Shown: positions 19,237-27,686 of the stretch, in pieces
Layout of the letters: each line of letters opens with the position of its first letter
How positions within the stretch are numbered: the first letter of the stretch is position 1
From: Candidatus Kerfeldbacteria bacterium
GTDB lineage: Bacteria; Patescibacteriota; Patescibacteriia; UBA10025; JAHIVO01
Length of the DNA stretch: 64,000 bases
NCBI GenBank assembly: GCA_016214565.1
Contig: JACROE010000002.1
Coordinates: forward strand, 280,007 to 344,006
Direction: 5' to 3'
The notes under the pieces: generated by a model
The model's input: only the letters and a program-made list of their open reading frames with translations
Told to the model about the DNA's origin: nothing
Databases searched by the model: none
Made by a program: the position numbers and the translations under genes

Positions 19237-22200
19237 TTAAACCACAAAATTCACCAGTTTTTTGGGAACAAAAATTACTTTTTTTGGTTCACCAGTCAGA
19301 TGCCGCTGCACGGCCACACTGGTTTTTGCTTTTTCAACGACCACTTCCTGAGGAGCATCAGTCGGCATTACCAGCGTGTCGCGAAGTTTGCCATTTACCT
19401 GGATAGCATAGGTGGCTTCTGTTTTAACGATTTTGGCTGGATCAAATTTCGGCCACCCCTCGTTTTCTATATACGTCGTGTGTCCCAGCTGGTGCCAGAG
19501 TTCTTGCGCCAAGTGCGGGGCAAATGGTGCGAGTAATTGTAAAAATCTTTCAAATGAAGTTTGTGCCACAGAAGCAGTGCCCCATTCATTGGTTAATTTC
19601 ATCAAATCACTAATGCAGGTATTAAAACGGAACAGCTCAATCTTTTCGCTGACTGATTGGATAGTCTGATGCAGTAATGTACTCCCAACCTCAGTTTTGC
19701 CCCGCTCAACCCGATCAAATATTTCCCAGACCCGCTCAACAAATCTCCGAACACCAATGATCCCCTTGGTACTCCACGGCTTCGCATCTTCAAACGGCCC
19801 CATGAACATTTCATACATGCGCAGCACATCCGCGCCGTATTCTTTGACGACATCGTCAGGATTAATCACATTGCCGCGCGACTTCGACATCTTCTGTCCA
19901 TCCTCGCCCAGGATAATCCCCTGATTCTTCAGTTTCACAAATGGTTCTTCACCGCATTCGTTCGGCACTGCGCCAATGTCAAACAAAAACTTATAAATGA
20001 AACGCGCGTACAAAAGATGCAGCACCGCATGCTCCGCACCACCCACATACATATCGACCGGCAACCAGGCTTTCAATTTTTCTGGATCAGCCAGCTGTTT
20101 GTCATTATGTGGATCGCAATAGCGTAAGAAATACCAGTTAGACCCAGCCCACTGCGGCATGGTATTTGTCTCGCGTTTGGCTGGTCCGCCGCACTCAGGG
20201 CAGGTCGTATTGACCCATGATTCAATTGCGGCCAGTGGCGATTCGCCGGTGCCGGTTGGTTCGTATTTCTCCACGTCGGGCAAGGTAACGGGCAAATCTT
20301 TTTCCGGGACTGCCGCCGCCTCGCATTTGGCGCAATGCACAATCGGGATTGGTTCGCCCCAGTACCGCTGGCGGGAAAATAACCAATCGCGCATTTTGTA
20401 ATTGATGGATGTTTTGCCTAAATCCTTTTTCTCCAGCCAGGCAATAATTTTTTTCTTGAACTCAACCGAATCCATGCCGTTATACTCGCCGGAATTGATC
20501 ATCTCACCATCACCCGTCCAGCAAGTGTACTCAATGTCGGAATCTAGGGTACCCCAAGCGCCGGCGCTTCCCATGGGCGGCTGCATCTTCGGCATCACCC
20601 GATCTGGCTGAATGACAGGCACAATCGGCAGTTTAAATTTCTGGGCAAAGGCGTGATCCCGCTCATCGTGCGCTGGCACGGCCATGATGGCGCCCGTACC
20701 ATAAGTGCTCAACACATAATCAGCTATCCAAATGGGCATCTTCTTATCATTAACGGGGTTGACTGCGTACGCGCCGGTAAAAACGCCAGTTTTATTTTTT
20801 GCCAAATCAGTGCGCTCCAGATCAGATTTGGCCGCCGCTTCTTTTTGGTATTGCTCAACAGCACTGCGTTGTTTGTCAGTCGTGATTAAACCAACTAATG
20901 AGTGCTCGGGTGACAGCACCACATACGTCGCGCCAAATATTGTATCCGGTCGGGTAGTAAATACCGTTACCTGTTGATTAGCTCCAGATGCAATTGCTGC
21001 CAACACCGTCGGCACGGCAAACGATCCGAGTTCGCGATTAGCATAATGCGGACGTGGCGCTTGTTCCATAATTAAGTGGGCGCCCAATAATTCCGCTAGC
21101 GCCTTTGGTTCAGCTGGTGCCACCAAGTCATCATGCGTATCGCCAATCACGGTAATCCGTGGCACCTGGCGATTAATTTTTTTCACATCATAATCATAGT
21201 CACTATACTGCGAAACTCCCGCGGGATAGGTGACATTCGGTTGAGCTGGAACATGGGGCGGTGCAAGCAATACCAACCCAGCTAATTTCAAACCTAATTG
21301 CTGGACGGCTTCCAATGCCAGCACGCAGCCAAGGCTATGCCCAAGAATAACCGTGTCTGAATCCGGTTTCAAGGATTTCACAATTTTAAGATTTTCCTCC
21401 AGGCTCGGCATCTCCTCGATTGATAGCTGTGGCGCGTCAACGCGCGTACCATGCTTCTCAAGTTCGGCGCGGAGCCATACTTTGAAACCCGTGTCCGGAC
21501 TGCCCTGGTACCCATGTAATATGATGACTCGTTTTGGCCACTGCGCTTCAATCGGAAAATGTATCGTCGCACCTTCGCTCCGACCAATCCAATTGCGCTG
21601 TAATAATTTGATTGACTCTGGCCAATCAACAGTATCCAATCCATGAAGCAATCGCTCGATATAGCGCTCGTCAGTAATTTTTACTAACCACTGTTTAATT
21701 TGTTTCTTGGTCACCGGCGTGCCGCAACGCTCGCATTTTCCGTCTACTACTTCTTCATTAGCTAAGCCGGTTTTATCTTTCGGACACCAATTGATCGGCG
21801 CGTCAGCTTCGTAGGCGAGGCCGTGCTTGAACAGCTGAACAAAAATCCACTGAGTCCAGCGGTAATATTTTGGATCAGACGTAATAACCTCGCGTGACCA
21901 ATCATAGGAAAACCCGAGACTTTGTATCTGCCGGCGCATGTTGGCAATGTTTTCTGCGGTGGTTTTGGCGGGGTGGGTGCCAGTTTTGATAGCGTAATTC
22001 TCTGCGGGCAGGCCAAATGAGTCAAACCCCATCGGGTGGAGCACCGATTTTCCCCGAGCGCGAAGATAGCGGGTATAGATATCGGATGCGGTGTACCCCT
22101 CTGGGTGGCCGACGTGCAAACCCTGCGCCGATGGATAGGGGAACATATCCAATACGTACGACGAATCACCCGATGCCGTATCCGAAACACGCCAAACCTG

Positions 22201-22263
22201 ATCCCGCTTCCAGGATTCCTGCCAGCGTTGCTCAACTTCCGAATGATTGTAGTGTTTCCGCAT
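19237..22263 (-). CDS. leuS: leucyl-tRNA synthetase carrying an inserted ~190-aa alpha/beta serine-hydrolase-like domain at the start of the CP1 editing domain
   Basis: HVGH (HIGH-class) motif at P-Y-P-S-A-Q-G-L-HVGH. KMSKS motif present (QKMSKSRGN). RNWIGRSEG...TTRPDT are the conserved CP1 flanks. Between them lies an extra segment (aa ~241-432; nt 20980..21555) with IILHGYQGSP and GHSLG motifs. The track start at 22275 is GTG. The ATG at 22263 (MRKHYNHSEVEQRW) is the more likely start. Confidence 0.93.
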   Translation of the reverse strand: MRKHYNHSEVEQRWQESWKRDQVWRVSDTASGDSSYVLDMFPYPSAQGLHVGHPEGYTASDIYTRYLRARGKSVLHPMGFDSFGLPAENYAIKTGTHPAKTTAENIANMRRQIQSLGFSYDWSREVITSDPKYYRWTQWIFVQLFKHGLAYEADAPINWCPKDKTGLANEEVVDGKCERCGTPVTKKQIKQWLVKITDERYIERLLHGLDTVDWPESIKLLQRNWIGRSEGATIHFPIEAQWPKRVIILHGYQGSPDTGFKVWLRAELEKHGTRVDAPQLSIEEMPSLEENLKIVKSLKPDSDTVILGHSLGCVLALEAVQQLGLKLAGLVLLAPPHVPAQPNVTYPAGVSQYSDYDYDVKKINRQVPRITVIGDTHDDLVAPAEPKALAELLGAHLIMEQAPRPHYANRELGSFAVPTVLAAIASGANQQVTVFTTRPDTIFGATYVVLSPEHSLVGLITTDKQRSAVEQYQKEAAAKSDLERTDLAKNKTGVFTGAYAVNPVNDKKMPIWIADYVLSTYGTGAIMAVPAHDERDHAFAQKFKLPIVPVIQPDRVMPKMQPPMGSAGAWGTLDSDIEYTCWTGDGEMINSGEYNGMDSVEFKKKIIAWLEKKDLGKTSINYKMRDWLFSRQRYWGEPIPIVHCAKCEAAAVPEKDLPVTLPDVEKYEPTGTGESPLAAIESWVNTTCPECGGPAKRETNTMPQWAGSNWYFLRYCDPHNDKQLADPEKLKAWLPVDMYVGGAEHAVLHLLYARFIYKFLFDIGAVPNECGEEPFVKLKNQGIILGEDGQKMSKSRGNVINPDDVVKEYGADVLRMYEMFMGPFEDAKPWSTKGIIGVRRFVERVWEIFDRVERGKTEVGSTLLHQTIQSVSEKIELFRFNTCISDLMKLTNEWGTASVAQTSFERFLQLLAPFAPHLAQELWHQLGHTTYIENEGWPKFDPAKIVKTEATYAIQVNGKLRDTLVMPTDAPQEVVVEKAKTSVAVQRHLTGEPKKVIFVPKKLVNFVV

Positions 22264-22488
22264 AGTACAATTCACTCTAACATTTCACTACTGCCAATTC
22301 AAGCGATATAATCAGTACCGATTGACATGGCTATATACCTATGGTATTGTTCGCAATTGAAACTTATGGAGATAAGGAGTGGCGCCAAATATACCTATTT
22401 GGCGGGTTAAACAGTAATTTATCATTGTTTGAGCCTCCGGTTTAAATCAATCATCATAACCGCATTATTGCGCGCCCTGGAAGGGGTG

Positions 22489-23757
22489 ATGATGGTTGGC
22501 GCGGTCTTGGGCTCAATGCTGAACTGGATCCTTGTGCGGCCGATTCGAGTAATTGGGCGTTTTTTATTGCGCCACGTATTTATTCACGCTTATAGCTTGT
22601 ATCGAACCGTCAAAAATCGATTGGATATAGTTTTTGCTCCCGCAAAGAATAAAATCATTTACCCACTGCTGAATAAATCATCCATCCACGCCATCATCGC
22701 TTTCCTGGCGGTCGCTGTTATTGTTAATAACTTCGTAATCAAAGAAACACGAGCAGAGGAATTTGGTCGGGATTTATTGCTTGGCGCGATGACCACAAAT
22801 ATTCAAGATGTCGAGATTACTGAAACGGCTATTCAAGACACGTACTCCACCCCCGACTATTTTCGAATCACCGGCACGGTTACCCCGCTGAATTCCGGCA
22901 CGCCGACCGCAGCCGATACCGGCACCAGCGCACTCCTGGCGAGCAGCGGCGCTCTAGTAAACCCAAATCTCTCCAGTACCACGGTCGGCGATCGACCGCG
23001 CGAATCTGTGGTGTATTACACCGTCGAGGGTGGCGATACGATTAGCGTCATTGCGGAAAAATTTGGCATTTCTACGGATACCATTCTCTGGGAAAACCGG
23101 CTTGGGGCACGTGATGTGATTAAACCCGGAAACAAACTAACTATTTTACCGATTTCCGGCGTATCACATCAGGTAAAAAAGAGCGAAACCCTCGAGGCAA
23201 TTGCCAAAAAGTATAAAGCTGATGTTAATGAAATAATTGAGTACAACGCGCTCGTTGACGCCACTGATATTGATATTGATCAAATTCTCATAATTCCTGG
23301 CGGTGAAGTAGAGCCGCCAAAGGTTCCTACGATCACCTCACCCCGTGGATCCAGCTTTGCTGGTGGCCCTATTCCTCCCTCATCAACACAGGGCGGTTCA
23401 TCAGGAAAATTACTCTGGCCAACCACCGGCCACCGCGTCAGCCAATATTTCAAATGGGGACATACGGGCCTCGATATTACCGGCCCCTATACGGCGCCGA
23501 CCTATGCCGCCGATGACGGCCGTGTCGAGGCAGTCGGTTGGGGTTCTGGCTATGGCAATCGCATCATCATCAATCACGGCAATGGCATCAAAACATTATA
23601 CGCGCACCACTCAAAAATGTTTGTCTCAGTAGGTGACAGCGTTTCCCGAGGACAGACTATCGGTATGATCGGCTGTACCGGCTGGTGCACCGGGCCGCAC
23701 GTCCATTTCGAAGTTATTGTGAATGGCGTCCAGGTCAATCCCTTGAGCTATCTATAA
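22489..23757 (+). CDS. LysM-domain M23 family metallopeptidase (cell-wall hydrolase)
   Basis: Two LysM repeats (YTVEGGDTISVIAEKFGIS...; HQVKKSETLEAIAKKYKAD...). C-terminal M23 motifs (GHTGLDI...; HxH in GPHVHFEV). One TM helix near the N-terminus. The track start at 22429 is TTG. The ATG at 22489 preceded by GGAAGG is preferred. Confidence 0.85.
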   Translation: MMVGAVLGSMLNWILVRPIRVIGRFLLRHVFIHAYSLYRTVKNRLDIVFAPAKNKIIYPLLNKSSIHAIIAFLAVAVIVNNFVIKETRAEEFGRDLLLGAMTTNIQDVEITETAIQDTYSTPDYFRITGTVTPLNSGTPTAADTGTSALLASSGALVNPNLSSTTVGDRPRESVVYYTVEGGDTISVIAEKFGISTDTILWENRLGARDVIKPGNKLTILPISGVSHQVKKSETLEAIAKKYKADVNEIIEYNALVDATDIDIDQILIIPGGEVEPPKVPTITSPRGSSFAGGPIPPSSTQGGSSGKLLWPTTGHRVSQYFKWGHTGLDITGPYTAPTYAADDGRVEAVGWGSGYGNRIIINHGNGIKTLYAHHSKMFVSVGDSVSRGQTIGMIGCTGWCTGPHVHFEVIVNGVQVNPLSYL

Positions 23758-23780
23758 ATCGAACGGAGCGCTCGCCAATC

Positions 23781-23809
23781 AAAAAACCTCAGCCGAATCT
23801 CGACTGAGG
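23781..23809 (-). terminator. rho-independent terminator for the response-regulator gene; the hairpin also works in the plus orientation for the peptidase gene
   Basis: Hairpin cctcagccgaatctcgactgagg at 23787..23809, followed on the minus strand by TTTTTT (plus aaaaaa at 23781..23786). Confidence 0.6.
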
Positions 23810-23830
23810 CGCTTTCGTATACGCAAGAAA

Positions 23831-24634
23831 TTAGCCAACCTGCTTCAACGTCTTCTGAATTTTTTCAATGATCTCATCAATGGTAAAATTCGACTTGATC
23901 AAATAATCATTAGCTCCCAAGTTACGCCCTTTCTCCACGTCAGCTTCTTGGCCGAGATTGGACAGCAAAATGACTGGCGTGCGCGCCATCTGCATATCAG
24001 TGTTATCCCGAATACGCTTCAGAATCTCAAATCCGTCCATGCCCGGCATGATAATATCGAGCAGTACGATTTCCGGACGTGTCGTCAAAATTTTCTCCAG
24101 GCCGCTGGGGCCGTCCATGGCCGCGGTCACATCAAACTTTTCTTTGGTCAATTTCGTCACCAGCAAATCCCGCAGGAACTGATCATCCTCGACTATTAAT
24201 ATTCGAGTCTGGTTTTCCTTCGGACTGGCGGTTGGCGAAGCGCTGGCTGGCTGGATACCACCGAGAATGCCGCGCACTTTTTCCAGCACCTCATCCGGCG
24301 TAAATTGAGCCTTAATGATGTAATCTCGAGCGCCCAGCGTTTTAACCTTTTCTAGTTCCACCGGCTGCCCTGAATTTGAAATAACCATGACGGCTGGCAT
24401 AGCCGATCCGTGCTTCTCTTTCAGTGCGGTCAGCACTTCATACCCATCCATTTTGGGCATGACAATATCCAGTAATATTAAATCCGGATGTACTTTTTCC
24501 GCCTGTACCAAACCGTCGGCGCCGTCCCGAGCCGAATATACCTGATATCCAACCTGCTCGAGTTTCTTGCTCAGAACATCGACGAGGATGTCTTCATCCT
24601 CAATTATGAGTATAGTTTGCTTAGAGTTGGTCAT
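23831..24634 (-). CDS. response regulator made of two tandem receiver (REC) domains and no output domain
   Basis: Two CheY-like modules (ILIIEDEDIL...DGADGL...LILLDIVMPKMDG; ILIVEDDQFL...DGPSGL...VLLDIIMPGMDG). Start chosen at MTNSKQ (24634). The longer ATG at 24688 would overlap the upstream gene by 68 nt. Confidence 0.8.
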   Translation of the reverse strand: MTNSKQTILIIEDEDILVDVLSKKLEQVGYQVYSARDGADGLVQAEKVHPDLILLDIVMPKMDGYEVLTALKEKHGSAMPAVMVISNSGQPVELEKVKTLGARDYIIKAQFTPDEVLEKVRGILGGIQPASASPTASPKENQTRILIVEDDQFLRDLLVTKLTKEKFDVTAAMDGPSGLEKILTTRPEIVLLDIIMPGMDGFEILKRIRDNTDMQMARTPVILLSNLGQEADVEKGRNLGANDYLIKSNFTIDEIIEKIQKTLKQVG

Positions 24635-25352
24635 AGGAGGTAGATGGTTGTGTCGGGGTCGCCCAGGGCTTCGGGCGCTCACGTCCATAGATTATACCAA
24701 AAAAGATAACTAAATACGACATGAGGGAAAATAAATCCGAAACCAGCACGCCGAGCGGGGTTAACGCCTCATAATACGTATAGGCGGTAACTAAGAGAAG
24801 GGTGAGTCCACCAGAAATAATAAATGAGCGCGTTTTTACTAATCGATGTTGAGTTCGAATGCCTTGCATAAAGAAAAATATGATACTGCAGAACAGCACG
24901 CCGCCAAGGATGATCAAACTCGCGATGCTCACGATCGGATGAATATCCCAGGTGGTAATACTCGTGACCGGATCAAACGATGGATTGCCCCGATACAATA
25001 CGGTCAACACCATGGCCACCGATGAAACGATCAAGATGAGATAAAATACCAGCTGCATACGCTGCACACTGATGAAGAACATTGAAACTTTCGAAAAATA
25101 AGCAACCGAGAGATAGAGACAGGCCTGTGCTCCGATAAATCCGATAGCAATCGCCATCGAACTATCCCACAGAAAAATGCGCGGGATGGAAAAAAACAAA
25201 TATGCCACCACCACCGCCAAATACCCCTGCGCAAAGAAATAGAGTACACGATTAGAAGCATCACGCTGGTAAGCCTGATACAGACGAACGCTGGCGAATG
25301 CGCAGATGATACCATTCAATAAATCAATGAATGGAACTAAAGGAAATGTCAT
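24621..25352 (-). CDS. integral membrane protein (243 aa, about 7 TM helices) encoded between the sensor kinase and the response regulator
   Basis: Hydrophobic throughout. Start 2 nt after the kinase stop. Stop overlaps the RR start. Confidence 0.6.
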   Translation of the reverse strand: MTFPLVPFIDLLNGIICAFASVRLYQAYQRDASNRVLYFFAQGYLAVVVAYLFFSIPRIFLWDSSMAIAIGFIGAQACLYLSVAYFSKVSMFFISVQRMQLVFYLILIVSSVAMVLTVLYRGNPSFDPVTSITTWDIHPIVSIASLIILGGVLFCSIIFFFMQGIRTQHRLVKTRSFIISGGLTLLLVTAYTYYEALTPLGVLVSDLFSLMSYLVIFFGIIYGRERPKPWATPTQPSTSYDQL

Positions 25353-25354
25353 GA

Positions 25355-26839
25355 TTAAATACTTTTAATAAATTGATCATATTGAGTCTCTGCCACCTGA
25401 TCATGAATGGGTAGAGAGAAATAGAAGGTGGTGCCGCGGCTTTCCAGACTCTCAAACCAGATCGTGCCTCGGTGATTCTCCACAATATTTTTTGCGATGA
25501 AGAGGCCCAAACCCGAACCATCCGTTTGCATCCGAATGACGTTATCCGCCCGGAAGAATTTCGAGAAAATGCGACCCTGCTGATCTACGGGAATGCCCAC
25601 GCCAGAGTCGCGGACGCTGAAAATTAATTGATTCTGATCCTCGGTAAGATGAACCGTTACGGTGCCGTCTGGCGGAGTATACTTGATGGCGTTATCCACG
25701 AGATTTTGTACCGCCAATCTAATTTTATCGGGATCAATGTTTGCTTTTGGCAATGCCCGCGTCGGTTTCACAAATGACAGCTTCACATTTTTCTTACGAG
25801 TAGCCGGCTGCAATTCGTCGCATATATGAGCGACTAATTCTTCCAGCGAAGCATGAACAAATCGATACTGGAAACGACCTTCCTCAATGCGGGACACATT
25901 CAAAAGGTCATTAATAAGTGAGATCATCCGCTCGTTCGTTTCATACCCTTTGAGCAGCATTTCCTTTTGCTGCTGATTAAGTTCACCCAAATCCCCATCC
26001 AAAATCATCCGCATCACCCACTTCACCCCGGAGAGTGGTGTCCGCATCTGGTGCGAGGCCACAGAAATAAATTCCGTCTTCATTTGATCAATCTCCTTCA
26101 ACCGGCGATTGACGCGTGAATAAATCTTATTCAACCGAACTAATTCTTGATTAGCTCGCAATAATTCCGCTTCAACCGTAGACAAGCTACGCACCACGTA
26201 ACCGCTGCGATACGTACTGATACCCATCAGACTGATCATGGTGATTGCCATTCCAAAAAGATACCGTTGATTGAGGAAAAGCGGCTCGGTAAAAATTCCA
26301 GTTGAAGCGTGAGGAATCCCGCCGGTGTATTCAGCCGTAATCAAGGCCACAAACATGCCACCGCCGAGCACCAAATTAATTGGTGCGGCAAGGGCGCTAA
26401 AGTGAACATTAGTACCAACTAATTGAATAAGGTACAACGGCAAAAATATACTCTCGATACCGCCCGTGGCATGCACAATCAAAGTAATAATGATCATGTC
26501 CAACACGATGCCGATATACGGCCAAAACCGCGGATAATAAATATTTTGAAAAACGAGATTTGACGTCAGATTGAAAATGAATCCAATAGTCGCGGCAATC
26601 AGCACCCCGATCAAGTCAAACCCAAAACCAATCTGGTATCCTACCAGCGTAATAATGCACACTGCGGAGATGACAATATACCGCACGGCGACAGACCAAC
26701 GGAGACGTTTTAATTTCTCTTCCTCACCTAAACGCGAGATGTCATGCTCGAGCTTGATATCTGCTTCTGATTTTGGCGCGGCTGGTTTTTCTTTTGTTTT
26801 GCTGGCCTGGACTTCCTCCACCATAGCCATGGCTTTCAT
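25355..26839 (-). CDS. sensor histidine kinase with a multi-TM N-terminal sensor domain, HisKA and HATPase_c
   Basis: H-box SHQMRTPL. N/G boxes (DNAIKYT; DSGVGIP; GSGLGLFIAKNIVE). N-terminal ~200 aa have 5-6 TM helices. Confidence 0.9.
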   Translation of the reverse strand: MKAMAMVEEVQASKTKEKPAAPKSEADIKLEHDISRLGEEEKLKRLRWSVAVRYIVISAVCIITLVGYQIGFGFDLIGVLIAATIGFIFNLTSNLVFQNIYYPRFWPYIGIVLDMIIITLIVHATGGIESIFLPLYLIQLVGTNVHFSALAAPINLVLGGGMFVALITAEYTGGIPHASTGIFTEPLFLNQRYLFGMAITMISLMGISTYRSGYVVRSLSTVEAELLRANQELVRLNKIYSRVNRRLKEIDQMKTEFISVASHQMRTPLSGVKWVMRMILDGDLGELNQQQKEMLLKGYETNERMISLINDLLNVSRIEEGRFQYRFVHASLEELVAHICDELQPATRKKNVKLSFVKPTRALPKANIDPDKIRLAVQNLVDNAIKYTPPDGTVTVHLTEDQNQLIFSVRDSGVGIPVDQQGRIFSKFFRADNVIRMQTDGSGLGLFIAKNIVENHRGTIWFESLESRGTTFYFSLPIHDQVAETQYDQFIKSI

Positions 26840-26863
26840 GTAGTACTTAGTTACAACAAATAT

Positions 26864-26892
26864 ATTTTAGCATTTTTTTAACGAAAAGTCAA
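26864..26892 (-). promoter_or_regulatory. sigma70-type promoter of the kinase operon (TTGACT - 17 - TAAAAT)
   Basis: Minus strand reads ttgacttttcgttaaaaaaatgctaaaatat. The -35 element overlaps the 3' arm of a 30-nt perfect hairpin (26890..26919). Confidence 0.5.
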
Positions 26893-27045
26893 CCGTGTAC
26901 CGATTCTGGTACACGGTTGTCCCGAGTGAAACGAGGGACCTCGTCGGTTGTTTTGTTGATATCAGAAAGCGATGCACCATTGCCCTGAGCAACGTCGAAG
27001 GGCATCATCATTAATCTGCACGGTTGTCCTCCCTCCAGTTATTTC

Positions 27046-27081
27046 AAAAAAAATCGACCCGCAGCTTATTGCTACGGGTCG
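27046..27081 (-). terminator. rho-independent terminator of the 27099..27602 gene
   Basis: Minus strand reads ccgacccgtagcaataagctgcgggtcg followed by tttttttt. Confidence 0.65.
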
Positions 27082-27098
27082 GGATCGTCAGACGAGAA

Positions 27099-27602
27099 CT
27101 ACTCCTGGATATGATATGAATCATTACTCAAATAGCCTACGGCAAGTATGATACTGGGAACTAATACCAGCGTAATGATTACACCGAGCCAATGCACAGA
27201 TGTGTTTGGTTGATACTCTACCATCGCCGCACCAGCTACCAGTATCAAAGCTGCCCCACCGGCCAGCAAACAGTGGTATCGAAAACCACCACGCCTTCGC
27301 CACAACTCCATCGTAGATCGCGCTCTCCAGCTTTTATTATCAAGCGAAAGAACGGAGATGATATAGCTAAGCCCAATAAGGACAAACGTGCCACTCACTA
27401 CCACAAACTGAGCGGCATTCCAGCGGAAGAGATGGACCTCACACCATAACGTCAAGCCGACAAACGCCAACGACAGGAAAGCTCTCCAATAGTCCAAGAA
27501 AATTAACAGCAGTAAGACGCATACCATTCTCATGAAGCCCATATCCATGGCATCACGAATCTGATCGTCACAGTCTGGACAGACGACTCTTTTCGTCTTC
27601 AT
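27099..27602 (-). CDS. small integral membrane protein (167 aa) with an N-terminal CxxC
   Basis: CPDCDD at the N-terminus, then 4 hydrophobic helices. No family recognised. Confidence 0.5.
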   Translation of the reverse strand: MKTKRVVCPDCDDQIRDAMDMGFMRMVCVLLLLIFLDYWRAFLSLAFVGLTLWCEVHLFRWNAAQFVVVSGTFVLIGLSYIISVLSLDNKSWRARSTMELWRRRGGFRYHCLLAGGAALILVAGAAMVEYQPNTSVHWLGVIITLVLVPSIILAVGYLSNDSYHIQE

Positions 27603-27686
27603 TGTACCCTCCTTGGGTATTATGTAGAGTGAACTGTTTTAAAAAGTTTTTAATACCCCCACTCTACTCCTCAGCGCGCGATCATG

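Noticed and set aside
22276-22428. Possible T-box riboswitch upstream of leuS
   Set aside because: The leader is only about 150 nt. No specifier-loop or T-box consensus (AATTAGGGTGGNACCGCG-like) is visible. The region instead carries a divergent promoter for the peptidase gene.
26840-27098. Riboswitch or sRNA in the 260-bp gap upstream of the histidine kinase
   Set aside because: The visible elements are explained by a terminator for the upstream gene, a hairpin and a promoter. No known riboswitch consensus was recognised. Only the possible leader ORF is reported, at low confidence.
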